NCBI GenBank assembly: GCA_019240175.1
Contig: JAFAYS010000754.1
Span: 1 to 28,801, forward strand
DNA from: Chloroflexota bacterium
Lineage (GTDB): Bacteria > Chloroflexota > Chloroflexia > Chloroflexales > Kallotenuaceae
Direction of reading: 5' to 3'
DNA length: 28,801 nucleotides
The notes below the pieces were generated by a model that worked only from the letters and a program-made list of their open reading frames with translations, was not told the origin of the DNA and made no database searches. Below, piece after piece: positions 25,001 to 28,801 of this stretch (within the stretch, counting starts at the first letter, position 1; the number at the start of each line of letters is the position of its first letter). A program made the translations under genes and the position numbers.

Positions 25001-25378
25001 CCGGTGCTGAGCACATCCTTTATCGAGCCGCGCAACGAGCTAGAGGCCAAGATCGCCGCGATCTGGGGCAGCGTCCTCGGCATCGCCGACATCGGCATCA
25101 ACGATAACTTCTTCGACCTCGGCGGCAACTCGCTGGTCGGCGTGGAAGTGATCAGCAAAATCCGCCGTGCGCTTTCGATCGATAAATTGCCGGCCTATAT
25201 GCTGTATGACGCGCCCTCGGTGGCCGAGATGGCGGCCTACGTGGCCGGTCAGGGCCAGGCCGAGGCGGTAGAACCCGAGGAAGATCTGGAAGATCGCGGC
25301 GAGCGGCGCAAAGCTCAGCTGGGCATCTTGCAGCGCCGCAGCTTTGTTGAAGAAGTTGAAGAAGAGGAAATCGTATGA
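11420..25378 (+). CDS. Trimodular type I PKS (KS-AT-KR-ACP)x3 (4652 aa)
   Basis: Three KS catalytic Cys in QSFCS/QTFCS (11972, 16562, 21182), each with both His motifs. Three AT GYSLG (13367, 17960, 22580) plus HAFH. Three KR ITGGLGG motifs. Three FFDLGGNS carriers. No DH or ER. Confidence 0.97.
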   Translation: MQHSGSHDLTSSPAIAIIGMAGRFPGAHNPQELWHNLINGVKSIQRFSDDELRQAGVDPELLRQPNYVKAGAPVENVDQFDAGFFGFTPREAEVMDPQQRLFLECSWQALEDAAYDPERTSALVGVFAGAAGSSYLQHNILTNPDLVELVGPLQIEVFNAPDALSSTISYRFNFRGPSVSIQSFCSTSLVAVHFAAQSLLNYECDMALAGGVAISVPHITGYLYQEGGIVSPDGECRSFDQSGQGSVMGNGVGVVILKRLEDALADGDHIYAAIRGSATNNDGTLRAGYTAPGLEGQSAVITEALSNAGIEAESLDYIEAHGTGTGLGDAIELAATIRALRKHTDKTGFVGIGSVKPNIGHLDRASGVTGLIKASLALKNRLLPPSLNFTQSSSDIDLAASPLYVNTELRPWETDGKPRRAGVSSFGVGGTNAHVVLEEAPALAPSSPGRSHQPLLLSAKTESALDAMTVNLARFLEANPDANLADVAYTLQVGRSAFNYRRAVVVGNRDEAIGLLGGDPAKLGVTNQVYRDRPVAFLFPGVGDHYVGMARELYQQEPSFRATVDRCCDLLQRQSSVNLAAALYPADSNSTPAPRAQTDLRALLRRDAPSGGDASALHRTELAQPAVFVIEYALTQLLISWGLKPQSMLGYSLGEYVAACVGGVLSLEDALRLVAARAQLIQQQPAGAMLAVAASEAAVQPFLGDGVCLAVVNSPTACVLAGPPAAIAAVAERLRAAEIANRPVETTHAFHSTMLAPIAAQVTALARSLTLNAPQIPYISNVTGTWITAEQAQDPAYWARHMTETVRFADGVGTLLQQADLAFVEVGPGQALASFVRQHPLCARERRASVVHTLRAQHEQQPDVAALMTTLGKLWQLGVTIDWSALSAEQTRYRLSLPTYPFERRRFWVEPGGARPVALTPSGKHPEIAQWFYQPVWEPAARPALSATAGRWLVFVDQHGVGDAAIARLTQAGQPVVQVRPGTEFAQIDAQSFQLRPGEAADYQSLVAALRGADLLPSHVLHLWPLESAESGDGIDRLAAAQGRGFYSLLFLTQALNSHLMTGSLQLTVLTNGMQQVADGEVPNADYAALPGLCTVIGQEYISVTCRSVDVLLPTDGDYAALAELALAETQAGSGDLLVAYRDGQRLAQRFTSSPLASSPSIVRPGGVYLITGGLGGVGLLLAEHLARSVQAKLVLLSRTGLPPRNEWSDWLETHSADNTTSDRIRKVQQLEALGGDVLVLPADVTDLAQMQAAIAEVRAQFGAINGVLHAAGISDPSSFGAIQRLVREQCEAHFQPKARGLYILEQALGDEPLDFCLLFSSLSAVLGGMGFAGYAAANSFMDVFAQRHNGKHAVKWLSVNWDAWRADESSSGKAGATLVQYEMLPAEGAQAFERVIAARGHTRIVNSTGDLHARIRQWVQLAALRSDDDDQPDAAQPVATRSRLSTSDYEQRLIAIWRYVLGIQEVELHDNFFDLGGNSLNGLQVIAQIKKEFKVQIPAVALFEAPTISALAQYLAPQEAPQVDRQETQLRDRRRKMREAGGAQDIAIISMVGRFPGANTVEQFWSNIRDGVESKTRFTDAELLAAGVEPELIQNPDYVKIRPVLDDVEHFDAAFFGYTPREAELMDPQQRLFHECAWEALELAGYDTQRYKGLIGVFAGTNLNFYMMRMAGDPALLAELNDNILLENDKDALATNVAYKLNLQGPSFAVQTFCSTSLVATHLACRSLLGGECDIALAGGVSVRVPVKAGYLYVEGDQVSPDGTCRTFDASGEGAIFGDGVAIVALKRLDDALADGDTIHAIIKGSAINNDGGRKVGYTAPSVTGQAEVVTTALERSGIDPTTIGYLEAHGTATRLGDPIEVASLTKAYRTFTERTNFCVIGSAKPNVGHLDRASGVTGLIKTAMMVQQGIIPPLLHFERPNPEIDFVNSPFVITTKRQEWPRGITPRRAAVNSLGVGGTNAHVIVEEPPSQAAHSPSRSYQLLLLSARTPAALDSATANLASFLRSNPETSLADVAHTLQVGRRGFEQRRMLVVRDAAEAVTLLDSTDSQRVVSRTQKPADRPVAFLFPGVGDHYIGMARDLYDHEPIFLAAVDRCCRLLQPLLSQDLKTLLYPATAPASSNGNGSATLDFRAMLGRGSMNGSSPLHRTDLAQPTVFVIEYALAQLLISWGIQPQAMIGYSLGEYVAATVAGVLSLDDALRLVATRAQLIQQQSAGAMLAVAASEADVQPFLGDGVCLAVVNSPTACVLAGPPEAIVAVSVRLQEAEIACRIVETTHAFHSTMLSPIAEQVTALAQSLKLNAPQIPYISNVTGIWITAEQAQDPAYWARHMTETVRFADGVGELLQRSDLAFVEVGPGQALGSFVRQHPSCSRERRATVVHTLRAQHEQQHDQAQLLQALGRLWLLDVPINWDGFYAQEQRRRIPLPTYPFERQRFWVEPRRLTSTAQAASGGRKADVADWFYLPEWIDTPLNAAAAPAKTWLIFADERGFSAQLAERIAQAGHKAVVVARGAQFAERGPNQFTVRPSSRDDYSALLDLLKTRKLFPEAIAHLWHAPDASAYTADGAGFAAALESGFYSLIALTKALSQHDLDTPITINVLSTGVQPALGDEPLVAEQSPLLAVCKVIAQENLSLKCRTIDVLAPTPDSADETALLSQIATELLSQSKDLTVAYRGERRLTQRFRPERLEPVTGVPARLRQNGVYLITGGLGGIGMSMAEYLARTVQAKLVLIGRSGLPERNTWADWIATHADDDATSRRMQRIQQLEALGAEVLVRSADVADEARMRAIVVETVERFGALHGIIHGAGNVNPDDFHVIEHITTAHCESQFPSKAYGLYILERIVEERAPDFCYLLSSISAVLGGLGYAAYTSANYFMDIFAHRANRRGRTQWLATNWDTWRFVEADTPGVTLGEYEMFASQGVDAFARVLERGATQIVTSIGDLDVRIRQWVLLESLQEQPGDGASSLATHARPSLDTPYVAPNNDYERRIAAIWQQVLGLEQVGLHDNFFDLGGNSLISLQVIAKLKKEFKTQVPAVAMFEAPTVSALAQYLAPQEAPQVDRQETQLRERRQKMRETGGSRDIAIVGMAGRFPGASTVEQFWQNLSNGVESLTFFSDEELIEAGVDPLVVQNPAYVKSRHVLDNVEDFDAAFFGYTPREAELMDPQQRLFHECAWEAIEMAGYDTLRYKGLVGVFAGANISLYLMRLATDPSFSVITNESAIFENAQDGLTTNVSYRLNLRGPSFAVQTFCSTSLVATHLACRSLLNGESDMALAGGVSVRVPVKMGHLYREGGQESPDGHCRTFDADAQGAVWADGVAVVLLKRLDDALADGDTIHAVIKGSAINNDGNMKVGYTAPSVVGQSTAIMAALEQSQIDPATIGYLEAHGSATPLGDPIEVASLTKAYRTFTDRTNFCVIGSTKPNVGHLDRASGVAGLIKTTMILKHGQIPPLLHFQRPNPEIDFAGSPFVITTQRREWQRGATPRRAAVNSLGVGGTNAHVVLEEALNQPPSSPSRPYQLLLLSAKTETALDSISANLASFLRSQPETSLADVAHTLQIGRRGFEQRRMLVVRDAADAVALLDGGESPRVVNRTQKPADRPVAFLFPGVGDHYVGMARDLYDHEPIFQAAVDRCCRLLNTLLEQDLRTLLYPATTPTSNGNGSATLDFRAMLGRGNGSSAPSPLHRTDLAQPTVFVIEYALAQLLIAWGIQPKAMIGYSLGEYVAACVAGVLSLDDALRLVATRAQLIQQQPAGAMLAVGASEIAVEPFLGNGVCLAVVNSPTACVLAGPPTAIAAVAERLDAADIANRPVETTHAFHSTMLAPIAEQVTALARSLTLNAPQIPYISNVTGTWITAEQATDPAYWARHMTETVRFADGVGTLLHDEALAFLEVGPGQALGSFVRQHPLCDRDRRATVVHTLRARHEQQQDQAQLLQALGRLWLLDVPINWGGFYTHEERRRIPLPTYPFERQRFWAEPKRRPGSATNSPPRRNDVGEWFTTPSWKRSNPGDGSPVTELDERHAWLIFLDSCGVGTPLVRQLTGQGQDVITVTPGASFARYSPTGFTVRPREREDYEALLRELNREQKLPDRIVHLWSVTPPPDGADETEAGLANLLDHGFYSLFTLAQALGDQGIDRCQISVISNDMQEVTGVEQIVPAKAAVIGPCKVIPQEYRGISCRSIDVQLPPSGPSAQLIDQLLDELSRPVTDDLVALRGAHRWVQTLEPVPLQSPTRNTRLRENGVYLITGGLGGIGLAMAEHLADACHAKLVLVGRTALPPRAQWPAILASADTESGIGRRIKIVQELEARTEVLVLQADVADAVQIQIAVDQAVARFGTIHGVLHAAGLPGVGLTQLKSAEAAAGVLAPKVHGTLALVQALRGLSLDFLALFSSIASVTSGGPGQIDYCAASAFMEHYAQRHSGEHGATIAVSWGEWLWDAWQEGLQGYPEDVRAFLIANRRAYGIAFHEGTEAFRRVLAGRLPHVYITTQDLVAMVDQIRNGLIDQLLGHGEGEADDRPLYPRPVLSTSFIEPRNELEAKIAAIWGSVLGIADIGINDNFFDLGGNSLVGVEVISKIRRALSIDKLPAYMLYDAPSVAEMAAYVAGQGQAEAVEPEEDLEDRGERRKAQLGILQRRSFVEEVEEEEIV
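15770..23210 (+). repeat. Tandem duplication of the ACP-linker-KS-AT unit with about 4620 bp period
   Basis: 89-bp perfect identity between 16253-16341 and 20873-20961. The linker ccgcaggaagcgccgcaggtcgatcgccaggaaac is at 15971 and 20591. GYSLG is at 17960 and 22580. All three offsets are 4620. Outer boundaries approximate. Confidence 0.85.
16041..20660 (+). other. Module 2 of trimodular PKS: KS-AT-KR-ACP
   Basis: QTFCSTS, HGTAT, GHLDRASG; GYSLG/HAFH; KR GGLGYAAYTSAN; GGNSL. Boundaries approximate. Confidence 0.9.
20661..25378 (+). other. Module 3 of trimodular PKS: KS-AT-KR(Asn to Ser)-ACP plus C-terminal tail
   Basis: QTFCSTS, HGSAT, GHLDRASG; GYSLG/HAFH; KR GGPGQIDYCAAS; GGNSL. Boundaries approximate. 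Confidence 0.9.
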
Positions 25379-28300
25379 CCAACCAGTCAGCGCAAGACTA
25401 TACAACGGCGGTCGCCATCATCGGCATGGCCGGGCGCTTTCCCGGAGCGCACACTGTCGATCAGTTCTGGGACAATATAGCCGGTGGCGTTCGCTCGATC
25501 CGCTTCTTCACGGACGACGAGCTGCTGGCCGCCGGTGTTAGCCCGGAGACGCTGCGCGATCCCAGCTTTGTGAAAGCCGGCACCGTGGTCGAAAAGGCCG
25601 ATCACTTCGACGCGCGCTTCTTCGGCTATCCGCCGCGCGAAGCCGAGGTCATGGACCCGCAGCACCGGCTGTTCCTGGAATGCACCTGGGAAGCTCTAGA
25701 GCGCGCGGCCTACGATCCCGAAACCTACAAAGGCTTGATCGGCGTGTTTGCCGGCTCGTGCTATCCGACCTACCTGCACAACAATCTGCTCCCCAACGCG
25801 GAGCTGGTCGAAGATGTCGGCATGTTGCAGATCAACGTCGGCAACGAGGCCGACTCGCTGGCCTCGACGGTCTCGTATAAGCTCAATCTGCGCGGTCCCA
25901 GTGTGGCCGTGCAGACCTTCTGCTCGACCTCGCTGGTGGCGGTGCATCTGGCCTACCAGAGCCTGATCACCTACGAGTCCGACATCACCGTCGCGGGCGG
26001 CGTAGCGATCGCGTTTCCGCAGGGCAACGGCTACCACTACCAGGAGGGCGGCATCGTCTCGCCCGACGGCTACTGCCGCACCTTTGATGCGCAGGCGCAG
26101 GGCAGCGTGATGGGCAACGGCCTCGGCGTGGTCGTGCTCAAGCGCATGAGCGAGGCGCTGGCCGACGGCGATCAGATCTACGCTGTGATCAAGGGCAGCG
26201 CGATCAACAACGACGGCGTGCGCAAAGTCGGCTACACCGCGCCCGGCCTGGCTGGTCAAACCTCGGTGGTGGTGCGCGGCCTGAACAACGCCGGCGTCAA
26301 GGCCGAGACGATCAGCTATGTCGAGGCGCACGGCACGGCCACGCCACTCGGCGACTCGGTCGAGCTGGCCTCGCTGATCCGCGCCTTCAGCCGGGGCAGC
26401 AAAAAGAAACAGTTCTGCGCGTTGGGCTCGGCCAAGCCCAATATCGGCCACCTGGATCGCGCGTCGGGCGTGACGGGGCTGATCAAAACCGCGATGGCGC
26501 TGACGCATAAGCAGCTGCCGCCGCTGCTGCACTTCGAGCAGGCCAGCCCCGACATCGATCTTGAGAATAGCCCGTTCTACGTCAACACCGAGCTGCGCGA
26601 GTGGCCGGTCGGCCCGACGCCGCGTCGCGCCGGCGTGAGCTCGTTTGGTCTAGGCGGCACCAATGTGCATGTCGTGCTCGAAGAAGCGCCGGAGCTCGCC
26701 CGCACCAGCCCATCGCGACCGCACCAGCTGCTGGTGCTCTCAGCCAAGACCGAATCCGCGCTCGACGCCATGACGGCCAATTTGATCGCGCACGTGCGCC
26801 AGCAGCCGGATCTCAACCCTGCCGACGTGGCCTACACACTTCAGATCGGACGCAGCGCCTTCAATCACCGCCGCACGCTGGTCTTTAGCGATCTGGCGGA
26901 TCTGGTTGCCGGGCTGGAAAGCCGTGACGCAGGCCGTGTGCAGACGCTCAACCAGACCGGACGTGATCGCCCCGTGGTTTTCATGTTCCCCGGCGTCGGC
27001 GCGCAGTACGTGGGCATGGCGCAGGAGTTGTACGCGCACGAGACCGCTTTCCGCGCGGTTGTCGATCGCTGCGCCGAGCTGTTGAAGCCGCAGCTGGGCC
27101 TGGATCTGCGCGGTTCGCTCTATCCCAAATCGGGCAGCGTGGCTAGCCTGGAGTCGCTTGAGCAGCCGGCGCTGTTTGCGGTCGAGTACGCGCTGGCGCA
27201 GCTGCTGATCGGCTGGGGCATCAAGCCACAGGCGCTGCTGGGCGAGGGCGTGGGCGAGATCGTGGCGGCTACCGTGGCGGGCGTGCTCACGCTGGAAGAC
27301 GCGCTGCGGCTGGTGGCCAATCGCGCTCAGTTGATGCAGTCGCTGCCGGCTGCCGCTGGTCTGAGCGTCGCGCTGAGCGAAGCTGAGGTTCGGCCCTACC
27401 TGAGCGATCAGATCGTGCTGGCGGCGATCCACGGCCCGGCTAGCTGCGTGCTCTCGGGCCCGCCCGCCGCGATCGACGCGCTCAAAGATCGATTGGAAGC
27501 CGCCGGAGTCGCCAGCGAATCGATCGCGGTGCAGGCGTTCGCGCCGACGCTGGCCGCGCAGCTAACGGCGCTAACCCGCAGCTTGAAGCTGAGCGCGCCG
27601 CAGATCCCCTATATTTCGGGTGTCACCGGCACCTGGATCACACCCGAGCAGGCCAGCGATCCGGCGTATTGGGCGCAGCAGCTCAGCCAGCCCACGCGCC
27701 TGTCCGACGGCCTGCAGACGCTGCTCCAAAATCCGCAGGTACTGCTTGAGGTCGGCCCGGCGCAAACGCTGAGCACGATCGCCCGCCAGCATCCGGCCTG
27801 CACACCCGAGCGCAGCGGATTGGTGCAAAGCAGCTTGCCCGCCGCCGGTGAGCAGCGTTCGGCGCTAGCCGCGATGCTTGGCGCGCTAGGCCAGCTCTGG
27901 CTGCTGGGCGTGCCCGTCGATTGGACGAATTTCTACGCCGAGGAGCAGCGCCGTCGCATCGCGCTGCCGACCTATCCCTTCGAGCGCCAGCGCTACTGGA
28001 TCGAATCGCCGGCGCGGGCGGCGCAGCTGGCCCAACAGGCGACTGCCGGCAAACGCCCCGATCCCGCCGACTGGTTCTATCAGCCGCTCTGGCAATCCGC
28101 ACCGTTGCCGAAAGCCGAGGCCGCGACTGGACGCTGGCTGATCCTGGCCGACGCGCATGGTCTCGGCGCGGCGCTGGCCGATCGTTTGGGTCGTGCGGGC
28201 ATGCCGGTGGTGCAAGTGCTGCCCGGCGATCATTTCGCGCGCCTGGACGATGCACGTTTCCAGCTGCGATCCGACAGCGCCGCCGACTACGGGGAATTGC

Positions 28301-28801
28301 TGACTGCGCTGCGCGACTCCGGGCTGCTGCCGACGCACGTCGCGCATCTGTGGAGCCTCGATTCGCTGCCGGATGCCGTCGGCCCCGAGCGCTTCACCGC
28401 CGCCCAGCAGCGCGGCTTTTACAGCTTGCTCTTCCTGACCCAGGCGTTCAGCGCGCATCTGATGGTCGAGTCGTTGCAGATTCTGGTGGCCTCGCAGGGC
28501 TTGTATGCCGCGACGGAGAATGACATAACGCAGGCTGAACATGCCGCGCTGCCCGGTCTTTGCACGGTGATCGGCCAGGAAAACGTCAACATGACCTGTC
28601 ACAGCGTCGATCTCGTGCTGCCCGGCGACAACAACTACAGCGCACTCGTCGACTCGTTGCTGACCGAGGTGCAGTCCGGGCGCGGCGATGCGGCGGTGGC
28701 CTACCGCGCTGGCGATCGCTTGACGCAGAGCTACACGCCGCTGCGCCTGGAAGCCACGCCCACGATTTTGCGGGAGAATGGCGTCTATCTGATCACCGGC
28801 G
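25375..28801 (+). CDS. Type I PKS, 3'-truncated by window: KS - inactive AT - KR (continues); absent from the ORF track
   Basis: ATG 25375 overlaps the upstream TGA (ATGA), with GAGG at 25364-25367. Hand translation of frame +1 is open to the window end: MTNQSAQDYTTAVAIIGMAGRFPG..., QTFCSTS (Cys 25921), EAHGTAT, KPNIGHLDRASG, AT GEGVG (27241-27255), ending in KR motif VYLITG. Confidence 0.94.
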   Translation, partial: MTNQSAQDYTTAVAIIGMAGRFPGAHTVDQFWDNIAGGVRSIRFFTDDELLAAGVSPETLRDPSFVKAGTVVEKADHFDARFFGYPPREAEVMDPQHRLFLECTWEALERAAYDPETYKGLIGVFAGSCYPTYLHNNLLPNAELVEDVGMLQINVGNEADSLASTVSYKLNLRGPSVAVQTFCSTSLVAVHLAYQSLITYESDITVAGGVAIAFPQGNGYHYQEGGIVSPDGYCRTFDAQAQGSVMGNGLGVVVLKRMSEALADGDQIYAVIKGSAINNDGVRKVGYTAPGLAGQTSVVVRGLNNAGVKAETISYVEAHGTATPLGDSVELASLIRAFSRGSKKKQFCALGSAKPNIGHLDRASGVTGLIKTAMALTHKQLPPLLHFEQASPDIDLENSPFYVNTELREWPVGPTPRRAGVSSFGLGGTNVHVVLEEAPELARTSPSRPHQLLVLSAKTESALDAMTANLIAHVRQQPDLNPADVAYTLQIGRSAFNHRRTLVFSDLADLVAGLESRDAGRVQTLNQTGRDRPVVFMFPGVGAQYVGMAQELYAHETAFRAVVDRCAELLKPQLGLDLRGSLYPKSGSVASLESLEQPALFAVEYALAQLLIGWGIKPQALLGEGVGEIVAATVAGVLTLEDALRLVANRAQLMQSLPAAAGLSVALSEAEVRPYLSDQIVLAAIHGPASCVLSGPPAAIDALKDRLEAAGVASESIAVQAFAPTLAAQLTALTRSLKLSAPQIPYISGVTGTWITPEQASDPAYWAQQLSQPTRLSDGLQTLLQNPQVLLEVGPAQTLSTIARQHPACTPERSGLVQSSLPAAGEQRSALAAMLGALGQLWLLGVPVDWTNFYAEEQRRRIALPTYPFERQRYWIESPARAAQLAQQATAGKRPDPADWFYQPLWQSAPLPKAEAATGRWLILADAHGLGAALADRLGRAGMPVVQVLPGDHFARLDDARFQLRSDSAADYGELLTALRDSGLLPTHVAHLWSLDSLPDAVGPERFTAAQQRGFYSLLFLTQAFSAHLMVESLQILVASQGLYAATENDITQAEHAALPGLCTVIGQENVNMTCHSVDLVLPGDNNYSALVDSLLTEVQSGRGDAAVAYRAGDRLTQSYTPLRLEATPTILRENGVYLITG

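Noticed and set aside
25375-28801. Apparent gene-free region or pseudogene, since the ORF track lists no long plus-strand ORF
   Set aside because: Hand translation of frame +1 shows an uninterrupted PKS ORF. It is missing from the track only because there is no stop codon in the window.

Overview
A GC-rich bacterial window occupied entirely by the interior of one co-oriented (+ strand) hybrid type I PKS/NRPS biosynthetic gene cluster with five genes. (1) The 3' end of a PKS with intact ER, catalytically dead KR and ACP. (2) A terminal NRPS module C-A-T-TE whose A domain has a Lys/Arg-like pocket and whose TE has a Cys nucleophile. (3) A monomodular PKS, KS-AT-KR-ACP. (4) A 4652-aa trimodular PKS, (KS-AT-KR-ACP)x3. 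(5) A further PKS, missing from the supplied ORF track because it runs off the window: KS-inactive AT-KR... The most unusual system is the run of five DH-less modules. Four use 'hybrid-type' KSs with atypical FCS and GHLDRASG motifs, four carry near-identical atypical ATs (GVGDH, GYSLG, a 25-30 aa insert), and the fifth AT is dead. This resembles (amino)polyol lines that use ACP-linked hydroxy- or aminomalonyl extenders (zwittermicin/bengamide logic); that reading is inference. Short A-rich repeats and a REP-like hairpin sit in-frame inside the NRPS A domain, and the A-rich repeat recurs inverted in an intergenic spacer. CGATCG is strongly enriched. A Chloroflexota (Herpetosiphonaceae/Roseiflexaceae-like) origin is my impression only. 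I found no RNA genes, CRISPR arrays or transposases.
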